A DNA stretch of 64,000 nucleotides, from NCBI GenBank assembly GCA_964388905.1, contig CAYMDG010000001.1:7686-71685 (forward strand), read 5' to 3'. Origin of the DNA: an uncultured Bacteriovoracaceae bacterium (GTDB taxonomy: Bacteria; Desulfobacterota; Desulfomonilia; UBA1062). The notes under the pieces are model-generated. The model was not told the DNA's origin. It searched no databases and saw nothing but the letters and a program-made list of their open reading frames with translations. Both the position numbers and the translations under genes were made by a program. This document shows, one piece after another, positions 50,111 to 59,199 of this stretch (positions within the stretch are counted from its first letter, which is position 1; each line of letters opens with the position of its first letter).

Positions 50111-52387
50111 ATGAAAAAAGAAACCACCCCTTCAAAAAACATTCTCACGCAGCAGCATGGGCTGTTTATCCTCTCTCTGATCGTATTCTTGGCAGCAGCC
50201 ATTGGCGGCTGGATAAGACTCCGGTATGGTTTCAATTTCACGGATGAAGGGTACCATATGACCGAAAGCTGGAGGCTTGCGGCAGGAGACCATTTTCTCC
50301 ATGACAAGATCACAGGGGCCTTACTTCACTATACCCTGATCAATAAGATTGTATTTGATATCATTCCGGATATTACCCTGCTGGGTTTCAGAAGACTGCA
50401 GTTTTTACTGACTATCACGGCGGTGGCAATTTTTGCCGGTGCACTTTCGCGTACTCAGAAGGAATCTTGGCATCTTCCCTTTGTTTTTTCGATCATCGCC
50501 TTCACAGGGTTGAATGCTATCGGCGGCATACCCAACTTATATTATCAGACCTATCCTCACTTGTTCTTGACCTTGTACATCGGTTTTTTCATCTTCGGAT
50601 TGTATCAGCAGTCCCGCAAAGCAAGGTTTGCTTTTTTTCTTTTCTCCGGCCTATCACTGTGGGCGATGAGTCTGAGTGCACTCTATACGAGCACCATCAT
50701 TGCAGCGCCCATGGTTTTTTATTTCATGAACAAGAAACTGCTCCATGAAAGATTCAAGTTCAGTATTATGGATGTGTCCCTGGTCCTTATCCCCTTTGTC
50801 CTGTGCTGGGGTGTGTTCCTGGGAGTTTATGGCCGGGAATATATTCTCAATCTTATTAATTCCGCAAAGATGATGCAATCGATAGGGATCTTTTCCACCC
50901 ATACCCTGCTTCATATCAACTGGGGTCTTCTCACGCTCATTGGCATTGCCTCAGTTCTTCTTCTCGGTGCCGCCGCCATTATCCGGCAACCGAACAGGTA
51001 TCTGTTCTATTGCGGAGTCCTGATCTTCCCGGTCCTGATTTATGCGCTGGTCGGCTTCCCCTTCTGGAGTTACCTGTCAGGGAATATCACCACGGGTAAT
51101 GTTTATAATACCCCATGGGCGTGTTCAGCATTTCTCGCCTCGTTCCTTGTCCTGTTCTGGTCATCTGTCGCTTTCAAAACATTCAGAAAGCACGACCTCA
51201 GCCCATGTGAAGAAACCGGTATCATACTCATGGTGCCTGCAACGATTCTTGCCCTGTCAACCAGTCTGTTCTCCAGCCTCGGAATGCTTACCGTACTTCT
51301 GTCCTCCATACCCATCCTTGCCGTTATAGGATCATGGATACTGGGGACTCGAAAGATCACAGGGCTCTCGCCCGCCTATCAGTTTATTCTTCTCTTGCTT
51401 TTACTGGGACCCTTTTATCTCCGTCTCGCCTGGTTCGACTGGCAGTATCTGTTTACTGATGTCATCCCGTCACAGGCAACTTCCATAATCGAAGAAGGAT
51501 TCGGAAGGGGAATACGGACAAATTCCATGTACCTTGAGGTTTATGACTGGATAGAAGATACATCAGGCACGTATTCGAAAAAGGGGGATTTCATCATAGC
51601 CTACCCCATGTCGCCCATGGCACATATGATTGCAAAACGAAGGCCATCAATGGATGATACCTTCATCCACTTCGGTCTCAAAGGCCGGGGATACTATGAT
51701 GAGTCCATTGAATTCATGATGAAGCACAAACGCAAGCCCAGACTGGCCTTTGTTTTTGACCGGCCCATGACCCTTGTTCCCATATCCCCGCAACAGGGAA
51801 AGTATGGCTGGCCGCCTTCACAACTCGACCCTAAGCTTCAGGACCCCATCTCCGTTTATGTAAGAAGCACGATGTACGTACTTGACCGGTTCAAGGTCGA
51901 TGATGATTTCAGCATCACCTGCTATGTCGATAATCAGATAGATCCAGCCATTGCGCAGATACAAAAACTTACGGGAGTTGATCCTGAAAACCCTCAATTA
52001 TTTATTCAACTCGGCAACCTGTATAGGAAGAAGTCGGATTATCAGTCGGCCATCGACTCTTACCAGAGGTCGCTATCGCTGGATCCGCATTCGGCGGTTG
52101 TGCTTAACCAGCTTGCCAGGCTTTATACGCAACAGAAAAAAATGGATGACGCCGTTGCCATAATGAATAAACTGATTGCACTGAAGCCCGATGCACCTGA
52201 AACGTACTACAATCTTGCCTGTATGCATGCCATGTCAGGCAACCGCGAGGAGTCACTCAGGGCTTTGAAACGCGCGATAGACCTAGGTTTTAGTGACTGC
52301 AATCTGTTGAAGACGGACCATGACCTTGTGAATATCCGCAAGACCTCTCAATTCATGCAGATAATCACAGGCCGCTGCAGGCAATGA
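50111..52387 (+). CDS. Polytopic membrane protein (putative GT-C/ArnT-like) with C-terminal TPR and cap. Paralog of 56322..58568.
   Basis: ~13 TM helices. Post-TM1 acidic motif GFNFTDEGYHMTESWRLAAGD. Cap YYNLACMHAMSGNREESLRALKRAIDLGFSDCNLLKTDHDLVNIR. Confidence 0.6.
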   Translation: MKKETTPSKNILTQQHGLFILSLIVFLAAAIGGWIRLRYGFNFTDEGYHMTESWRLAAGDHFLHDKITGALLHYTLINKIVFDIIPDITLLGFRRLQFLLTITAVAIFAGALSRTQKESWHLPFVFSIIAFTGLNAIGGIPNLYYQTYPHLFLTLYIGFFIFGLYQQSRKARFAFFLFSGLSLWAMSLSALYTSTIIAAPMVFYFMNKKLLHERFKFSIMDVSLVLIPFVLCWGVFLGVYGREYILNLINSAKMMQSIGIFSTHTLLHINWGLLTLIGIASVLLLGAAAIIRQPNRYLFYCGVLIFPVLIYALVGFPFWSYLSGNITTGNVYNTPWACSAFLASFLVLFWSSVAFKTFRKHDLSPCEETGIILMVPATILALSTSLFSSLGMLTVLLSSIPILAVIGSWILGTRKITGLSPAYQFILLLLLLGPFYLRLAWFDWQYLFTDVIPSQATSIIEEGFGRGIRTNSMYLEVYDWIEDTSGTYSKKGDFIIAYPMSPMAHMIAKRRPSMDDTFIHFGLKGRGYYDESIEFMMKHKRKPRLAFVFDRPMTLVPISPQQGKYGWPPSQLDPKLQDPISVYVRSTMYVLDRFKVDDDFSITCYVDNQIDPAIAQIQKLTGVDPENPQLFIQLGNLYRKKSDYQSAIDSYQRSLSLDPHSAVVLNQLARLYTQQKKMDDAVAIMNKLIALKPDAPETYYNLACMHAMSGNREESLRALKRAIDLGFSDCNLLKTDHDLVNIRKTSQFMQIITGRCRQ

Positions 52388-52430
52388 ATTTTGCGGGCCG
52401 GCAAGAGAGCTCACCCAAGGTTATCTGTGC

Positions 52431-53111
52431 TTATGCAAGACTATCCCTGGTGTTTTCCTGGCGCGGAGCATTCTTATAGCACCTCATGAAACACCCGGTT
52501 TGCGGCCGGTTGCTCACATTGTGAATGACATGGGCTTCTACATGAGGGAATATATCTTGTGCAATTCTCTTGTAGTCATCAGGAGACCTGACATGTTTTC
52601 CCCTATCCGTCAGGCTGATCCATCGTGAAATAAATCCCTGATTTTCGATTAAGGTGGGGTCTGCCGTAAACATGAACCCTGTGTCGCACAGGACCTTGGA
52701 CCCTAAGGCAAAGAGTTCCGCGGCCTCGAAGTCGTTAAGATGATGGAGAAGACCGTCAGCTATCACAATGTCGAACAGAGCGCTGCCGGAGATGGTGATG
52801 TCATTCACCCGCTGATTATAAAATACTGCCCGGCTACCGAATTTATTCCGGGCATATGCAATATATTCGGCGCTCAGATCATATCCCACATAGTGGACAT
52901 CAGGGGGCAGGAGGGTGAGGATATCGGCACAACCGCAACCGATATCCAGTATCCTTTTCCCGTGAACGGGTTTCAGAAATCGCTCCAGGCACATCCGGTA
53001 CTTCCCATGGCTGTTCATGAGGTATTGGAAAAAAAGGTAAACGGCCGGGAGTCTGAGTAATGAACGGAGCCCGCTTGTTACCTGGTCATTATTGTCAGGC
53101 ATCGATCCCAT
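52431..53111 (-). CDS. Class-I SAM-dependent methyltransferase.
   Basis: Motif I ILDIGCGCADIL and motif II/III context (DIVIADGLLHHL). Confidence 0.7.
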   Translation of the reverse strand: MGSMPDNNDQVTSGLRSLLRLPAVYLFFQYLMNSHGKYRMCLERFLKPVHGKRILDIGCGCADILTLLPPDVHYVGYDLSAEYIAYARNKFGSRAVFYNQRVNDITISGSALFDIVIADGLLHHLNDFEAAELFALGSKVLCDTGFMFTADPTLIENQGFISRWISLTDRGKHVRSPDDYKRIAQDIFPHVEAHVIHNVSNRPQTGCFMRCYKNAPRQENTRDSLA

Positions 53112-53147
53112 TGACTCGCTTTTAGCTATCTCCTGTTCTTGGCGGCA

Positions 53148-54122
53148 TCAGTCGAATATCTTCTCGATGATGTATGCTTGCCTGTTCCGGACCTGATCAA
53201 GGGTCCTCCATAAATACTCTCCGATAATCCCGAGCATGAGCATCTGAATCCCGGATAACACCAGAACGATGATCATGAGAGGCGCCCATCCTTGAATGGG
53301 CACTGAGCCGAAAATCCTTCCGAAAAATATAACGAAGGCATAGAGAAAACCGAACAGGGCTACAATCAAACCGGTTACTGACATGGCCCTCAGGGGGAAG
53401 TAGGAATAGCTCATCACGCCGTCAATGAGATATTTAAGCTTTTTGCTGAATGTCCACCTGGATATGCCGATAGAGCGTTTTTCCCTTTTATAGGGGATGA
53501 ATTTGATATCATACCCTGTCCACAATATCTGGCCCTGAAAGAAGGCATTGGTTTCCTGGTTTTCCAGGATGATGTTTTTTACCTTCTCACTCAGGAGAAC
53601 GTAATCAAATCCCTTTGCAGGCATGTTTGAAAAACTTAACCGTTTCATGATGTAGTAAAACACCTCAGAGGTGCCCCGCCTGAAGAGGGATTCGTCACGG
53701 GATTCTCGAGAGCATACAACGATGTGATAACCGTCCCTGAAGTGATGATCGAGCATGTCATTGATCAATTCGGGGGGGTCCTGCAGGTCGGCTGAGATCG
53801 AGATGACACACTTCCCCTTGGCAAGCTTATACCCCGCCATGATCGCCTGAAGTTGCCCGAAGTTTCGCACGAATTTGATTACCTTTACCACGCCGGGGTG
53901 TTCATTGCGAATTTCCATCAGCTCAGTAAAAGAATTGTCACCTGAACCGTCGTCTACAAAGATGACCTCTCCGGTTCTTCCAGGGTTTTTTCTGATGACC
54001 TTTTCTTCTATGGCCCGATAGATTGGTTTCAGGCTTCCCTCGTTGAAGTAAACCGGTATGACAATTGAGAAATCCACGTGCTCTTCACTCACCTGGCATC
54101 TTCTCCTTGATCTCTTTGCCAT
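53148..54122 (-). CDS. ArnC/GtrB-like GT2 polyprenyl-phosphate sugar synthase (two C-terminal TM helices).
   Basis: FSIVIPVYFNEGSL...VIFVDDGSGDNS...SADLQDPPELI and a C-terminal GIIGEYLWR. ATG chosen at 54122 because the track's first codon is TTG. Overlaps the upstream aminotransferase stop. Confidence 0.75.
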   Translation of the reverse strand: MAKRSRRRCQVSEEHVDFSIVIPVYFNEGSLKPIYRAIEEKVIRKNPGRTGEVIFVDDGSGDNSFTELMEIRNEHPGVVKVIKFVRNFGQLQAIMAGYKLAKGKCVISISADLQDPPELINDMLDHHFRDGYHIVVCSRESRDESLFRRGTSEVFYYIMKRLSFSNMPAKGFDYVLLSEKVKNIILENQETNAFFQGQILWTGYDIKFIPYKREKRSIGISRWTFSKKLKYLIDGVMSYSYFPLRAMSVTGLIVALFGFLYAFVIFFGRIFGSVPIQGWAPLMIIVLVLSGIQMLMLGIIGEYLWRTLDQVRNRQAYIIEKIFD

Positions 54123-55329
54123 GAAGAACAATAAAGCGCATCAGCGAGCATATTGAATCGATATCGTCATGGCTCACCGATGACCCTGTCGGGAGACTTA
54201 TTACGCGTGAGAGGACCTTGTCCGTGCTTGGCAACAAAAGACCTGCATGGGGGAAATATGATCGGTAAGGTTCCATTTTATGGCAGCCGGGATAGAAATA
54301 GCGTCTGACCAGGATATTCTCACCCTGGAGTATCCTGACGATCTGATCGCGTGAAAGGTGCATCTGATTCTCGTCAACCTCGATTATAACATACTGATAG
54401 TTAGGCAGATTATCCGGTATGTACGCCAGGCATGTCAACCCGGGGACGGTTTCCAGGTTGTCCCGGTACCGGAAGTAATTCACACGATTGATCGCCACTA
54501 CCTCATCAAGGCTGTCGATGGATGCCAAACCCATTGCAGCCGACACCTCGTTCATCTTTCCGTTCGTGCCTATGTATATGACATTGTCATAGCCCATGAA
54601 CCCGAAGTTTTTCATCAGGCGTACCTTCAAGGCCAGATCATCATTGTTGGTGACCACGGCACCGCCTTCCAAGGTATTGATGAATTTCGTGGCATGGAAA
54701 CTGAAGACCTCGGCTTCCCCGAAATTACCCACCATCTTTCCGTTATGCCTGCATGAAAAGGCATGGGCGGCATCGTAGAGTACCTTCAGGTGATGCCTGC
54801 GCGCGATCTCATCGATGGCTTGTGTATCGCAGGGACGTCCCCAGAGGTGGACCCCGATTATCCCGGTCGTCCGGGGAGTTATCATGCGCTCAATCTGAGC
54901 GGGGTCGATGGTATGGGTCCTTTCATCTATGTCGCAAAAGACAGGGGTGATGGCCTGCCACTGCAAGGCGTGCGCTGTAGCAATAAAGGTGGCTGAAGGG
55001 ATGATCACTTCACCGGTCAGCCCAAGTGCACGGATCACAATTTCCAGAGCCACAGTACCGTTGCACATGGCGATGCAGTGTTTTACGCCGATCAATTCCG
55101 CGACCCTCTTTTCAAACTCCTGAACAAAGGGACCGTTGTTGGTAAGCCACTGGTTGTCTATGATGGTATTGATGCGATCGAGAAATCCTTTACGGTTGAT
55201 AATGTTCGGACGGCCGACATGAATCTTCTCTGAAAAGGCCGCCGGGCCGCCGAATATCTCCAGGTCTGCTATATTCTTTTTGACAGCGTTTTCGCGGGGC
55301 AAGGCATTCTCCCTTTCAAATAAAGTCAA
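54085..55329 (-). CDS. DegT/DnrJ/EryC1/StrS-family sugar aminotransferase (ArnB/PglE-like).
   Basis: PLP-enzyme motifs (HCIAMCNGTVALEIV, IPSATFIATAHAL, SFHATKFINTLEGGAVV). Confidence 0.85.
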   Translation of the reverse strand: MTLFERENALPRENAVKKNIADLEIFGGPAAFSEKIHVGRPNIINRKGFLDRINTIIDNQWLTNNGPFVQEFEKRVAELIGVKHCIAMCNGTVALEIVIRALGLTGEVIIPSATFIATAHALQWQAITPVFCDIDERTHTIDPAQIERMITPRTTGIIGVHLWGRPCDTQAIDEIARRHHLKVLYDAAHAFSCRHNGKMVGNFGEAEVFSFHATKFINTLEGGAVVTNNDDLALKVRLMKNFGFMGYDNVIYIGTNGKMNEVSAAMGLASIDSLDEVVAINRVNYFRYRDNLETVPGLTCLAYIPDNLPNYQYVIIEVDENQMHLSRDQIVRILQGENILVRRYFYPGCHKMEPYRSYFPHAGLLLPSTDKVLSRVISLPTGSSVSHDDIDSICSLMRFIVLHGKEIKEKMPGE

Positions 55330-55427
55330 ATTTCACACAAACCAGTGAAAGGACAGTCCTTTCTTACTCTAACGGATCGGTTAAACTGAAAAAAATATCA
55401 AATAATAATCTGTGAATCCTGATAACC

Positions 55428-56027
55428 TCAAAGTTTCCTGCGCAGACCTCTGGGGATGTAATCCCCCTGATCGTCGAATAATTCTCTCATCAGACGATCC
55501 TCCAGTTGAAGGATCTCATCCTTTGGTCTTGGCTTGATCTCTTTGCATGGGGAGCCCGCATAGACTGTCCAGGCCCTGCAATCTTTTGTTACCAGTGAAT
55601 TAGCGCCGATTGCGGCACCTTCACCGATAGTGATTCCAGGCAGTACTACGGAATTCGCCCCGATTATTGCATGCTTCCCTATGTGCACAAAGGACCGGAC
55701 AGGTACCCGGTATGGATGCGGAACAGACGGGTTTGTGAGGTATTTCCCTGAATAATCCTCATTGCCGGTATAGATCCTTACCCCGCTTGAAAGTCCGGCA
55801 AAGTCATGCATCGTGAATTCGCCGCCGCCGGTTATGGAGGTGAAGGATCCGATATGAATGAAATTGCCCAGAATGCTTTTTTTGCCTCCCATGAAAAATA
55901 CAAAATCATCTATGATGACAGAGTTCCCAATGAAAATTACCTCGGGATAAATGATTTTTGCCTGGGGCCAGATGAGAACATCCTGGCCTCTGGCTGCAAG
56001 AGGTAGTGACTCGGCTTGATTTGTCAT
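55428..56027 (-). CDS. Hexapeptide-repeat (LbH) acetyltransferase, PglD/WbpD-like amino-sugar N-acetyltransferase candidate.
   Basis: IGNSVIIDDFVFF..IGKHAIIGANSVVLPGITIGEGAAIGANSLV repeats, ~200 aa. First gene of a minus-strand operon with the aminotransferase and GT2. Confidence 0.7.
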   Translation of the reverse strand: MTNQAESLPLAARGQDVLIWPQAKIIYPEVIFIGNSVIIDDFVFFMGGKKSILGNFIHIGSFTSITGGGEFTMHDFAGLSSGVRIYTGNEDYSGKYLTNPSVPHPYRVPVRSFVHIGKHAIIGANSVVLPGITIGEGAAIGANSLVTKDCRAWTVYAGSPCKEIKPRPKDEILQLEDRLMRELFDDQGDYIPRGLRRKL

Positions 56028-56321
56028 GAACCTCCAAAGTTCTCTATCAAATACAGGTTATTTGCCAGGTAATTATGCATAACTATCTTTTCAGCATCAA
56101 GATAATAATCGTGCTGGTGTGTTTCTTGACAAGGGGATTTGCCCGATGATAAGCAGGCATAGGTGTTCGAATCTATGTCAGGGTATTTTTTTATTGGCAG
56201 CTGTGATCATCGATCATTGCAGGGAGGCTTTCAAGAAATGGACTGTGGCAGTGAAAATCATCATGTCATTATTCAATTTAATCGCATTTTGAACCAGAAC
56301 AAATCGATAGCCGGGTAGCAT

Positions 56322-58568
56322 ATGGATAATATCGAAATGTCAACCGACAAGCAGCAGCGTCTCGTTTTTGGCTTATCGCTCATCATCTTTTGTATTGCCG
56401 CTGTTACCGGGTGGGTGAAACTTCGCTATGGTTTCAATTTCATTGATGAGGGCTATCACATGACCGAGGCCTGGCGGCTTACCGCAGGCGATGATTTCTT
56501 CAAGGACAAATTCACCGGGGCATTGAGGGCTTCAACATTGTTGAATTACCTCGTTTTCAAGGTTTACCCGGCAATTACCTTGCTTGGGTTTCGTGAGCTT
56601 CAGCATGTTCTTACCCTTGCGTCATTGTTGCTCCTGAGTTACGCGCTTTTCCTTGTCAACAGGCAATACTGGTATCAGCCGCTCATTTTTTCCGTTTTTG
56701 CCTTTGTCGGACTTGACCCTGTCGGCATGATATCCAACATCTATTATCAGACATATCCGCACCTGTTTATCACCGTGCATCTGGCTTTTTTCATCATGGG
56801 ATTGCACCAGGAATCTCAGACGGCCAAAAGGGTGTTATATGTCATGTCGGGCATTTCCCTGTGGCTTATCAGTTTCAGCCTGCTGCATATGAGTCTTGTT
56901 GTCCTCTCTCCGGTAGCGGTGTTTCTCCTATTCAAAGCCCTGAAGATAAAATCTCCGGACTTCTCTTTTTCAGATCTCTGTTTTGTCCTGGCCCCGGTTC
57001 TCCTTTTTTGGGCATTTTTCATCGGGCTCTTCAATAAACCGTTTATTGATAATGTACTCTCATCGATTCAGTTGATCCTCTCTACATCGACCCATGCCGC
57101 CGGAACACTTGTCTCGATTAACAAGGAGGCGATGAAACATATAGGCATTACCGTACCTTTTATTATTGCCGGCATTTTTATCTTGAAGATAAACAAAATA
57201 GCCGTTCTCTGCGGTGCAATGAGCATTCTTGCACTCTTAATGTATTTCGTCATCGATACGGCATTCTTCGGATTGATTAACCCTTACTATAACGGCTGGT
57301 TTGACCGGCCCATGTGGCTGGTAGCACTGCTGGTATCATCGTACTTCATTTCATTGTGTTATTTCATGTGGAAGGTTCTGAACAGGAAGCAACTGGACAA
57401 CCTTGAGATATATTCCATGATCCTGTTTATTCCCGGCATCATCATGGCGATAAGCAGCAGCATTTTTTCCGCTCTGGGCATCCTGACCGTGCTGCATGCA
57501 TCCATACCTGCTGTTGCAGCCATAACGCTTTTATTCCTGTCCATGAAGACCATAACAAAGCGATCATATATGGAGAAGTTCATTGTCCTTCTCTTGTTTT
57601 TTGCACCTTTTTATTACACAAGCGCATGGTCCGACTGGAGATTCACCTTTTTCGATGTAACCCCTGAACAAGCCACGGTTGAGATAGATAAAGGGTTCGG
57701 CAGAGGAATAAAGACGAATCAGGTTTACAAGGATCTCTACGAGTGGATCGGTAACATCTCGGAAAAGTACTCGAAGAAAGATGATTTTATTATTTCCTAT
57801 GTCGTCTCTCCCATGGTGCACATGATTTCCCGGCGAAGACCTTCACTGGATGATCCATTTATAAATTTCATAGAGGTTCCCCCGGATTACTATGTAAAGG
57901 CAATTGCCTTCATGAGAGAAAGAAGGCGCGAACCACGGCTGGCATTCGTGTTTGAGGGAATGCCCGGACTTTTGCCCATTTCTCTGGAAGATGGCACCTT
58001 CAAGTGGATCGACAAACAGTTCTCTTTCCCTTCCAGAGAGCCGGTGTCGGACTATGTAGCGAAGAATATGATCCCTCTCGATATGTTTCACCTCACCGAT
58101 GGCCTGAACGTGAAATGCTTTATCGACAGATCGTACGCATTGGAAGAAGGCTTAAAATCCAATCCTGCCAATCCGGAGCTTAATGTACGGTTGGGAATCC
58201 TGTATCAGAAACGAGGGGATATCGATAATGCTCTCCGGTTCTACAAGACAGCCCTGGAGTCCAATCCCGGCTTTATTCAGGCGCTCCAGAACCTGGCAGC
58301 AGCGTATTCCCTCAAAGGGAATAATGAAGCGGCACTGCAGGCCTTGAAACGGATCATCACTATCGACCCGGACCGCAATGACACGTATTATAATATTGCG
58401 TGCCTCTATGCGAAGCAGCGGCAAACCGATGTTTCGGTTGCCTGGCTCCGGAAGGCTGTGGAGAAAGGCTTCAAGGATTGGCACCTCCTCAAGACTGACC
58501 ATGATGTGGATAACATCAGAACCACTGAATATTACAAGGAAATCATGATCAAAAATGCTGCTGAATAA
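56322..58568 (+). CDS. Polytopic membrane protein (putative GT-C/ArnT-like) with TPR and cap. Paralog of 50111..52387.
   Basis: GFNFIDEGYHMTEAWRLTAGDD. Cap YYNIACLYAKQRQTDVSVAWLRKAVEKGFKDWHLLKTDHDVDNIR. Confidence 0.6.
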   Translation: MDNIEMSTDKQQRLVFGLSLIIFCIAAVTGWVKLRYGFNFIDEGYHMTEAWRLTAGDDFFKDKFTGALRASTLLNYLVFKVYPAITLLGFRELQHVLTLASLLLLSYALFLVNRQYWYQPLIFSVFAFVGLDPVGMISNIYYQTYPHLFITVHLAFFIMGLHQESQTAKRVLYVMSGISLWLISFSLLHMSLVVLSPVAVFLLFKALKIKSPDFSFSDLCFVLAPVLLFWAFFIGLFNKPFIDNVLSSIQLILSTSTHAAGTLVSINKEAMKHIGITVPFIIAGIFILKINKIAVLCGAMSILALLMYFVIDTAFFGLINPYYNGWFDRPMWLVALLVSSYFISLCYFMWKVLNRKQLDNLEIYSMILFIPGIIMAISSSIFSALGILTVLHASIPAVAAITLLFLSMKTITKRSYMEKFIVLLLFFAPFYYTSAWSDWRFTFFDVTPEQATVEIDKGFGRGIKTNQVYKDLYEWIGNISEKYSKKDDFIISYVVSPMVHMISRRRPSLDDPFINFIEVPPDYYVKAIAFMRERRREPRLAFVFEGMPGLLPISLEDGTFKWIDKQFSFPSREPVSDYVAKNMIPLDMFHLTDGLNVKCFIDRSYALEEGLKSNPANPELNVRLGILYQKRGDIDNALRFYKTALESNPGFIQALQNLAAAYSLKGNNEAALQALKRIITIDPDRNDTYYNIACLYAKQRQTDVSVAWLRKAVEKGFKDWHLLKTDHDVDNIRTTEYYKEIMIKNAAE

Positions 58569-58595
58569 TCAATCCAACCTAGTGGGGGACAGGGT

Positions 58596-59195
58596 ATGAA
58601 GCGAAGACTTCCTTACATGATTACATTGATGTTGTTGGTCCTGTCGGCATGCTCCAAACAACAGACCCAGGAGGGTGAGGCCTATTTCCCCAGGGTCACC
58701 AAGGGGGCGCAATGGGAATATTTATTGAAGTATGTAACCCCAAAAGGTGACGTGGTCGACGGAAGGTTGTTGGTCCGGGTTGAAGGGGAGGAAACCATAG
58801 GGGGGAAAAAGTATCAGAAAAATATCAGCACCATCACCGGGTTACCCGGCGCTAAACCTCAATCCACCTACACAAGAAGGACTGAAAAGGGCATCTACAG
58901 GTTAGAAGGAGACAAGCAGGACTATCTAGTTACACCCTTTCCGGTTTCAGTCGGAAACACATGGAAAACGCAGTCACCCGATGGAGAGATCCAATTTATG
59001 GCAGAGAAAATTGAGACGGTGAAAATATTGAACAAGGAATATAAAGATGCCCTCAAAGTATCTTTTCACGGTGAAAAAAAATCGAGCCATATAGAAGGCT
59101 ACTCATACTTTTCAGCAGGTGTGGGTGAACTCATGACCAATATGAAAGTAGGAGATGCCATTATAGAGTATGTCCTGGATAAGTATAAATTATAA
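58596..59195 (+). CDS. Predicted lipoprotein of unknown function.
   Basis: Signal peptide with lipobox (LLVLSAC-S), ~200 aa, soluble. Confidence 0.5.
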   Translation: MKRRLPYMITLMLLVLSACSKQQTQEGEAYFPRVTKGAQWEYLLKYVTPKGDVVDGRLLVRVEGEETIGGKKYQKNISTITGLPGAKPQSTYTRRTEKGIYRLEGDKQDYLVTPFPVSVGNTWKTQSPDGEIQFMAEKIETVKILNKEYKDALKVSFHGEKKSSHIEGYSYFSAGVGELMTNMKVGDAIIEYVLDKYKL

Positions 59196-59199
59196 TAAA

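Noticed and set aside
52388-52430. GC-rich near-palindrome ttgcgggccggcaa between convergent genes
   Set aside because: It is not a true inverted repeat (arms not complementary) and has no flanking T-tract, so it was not called as a terminator.
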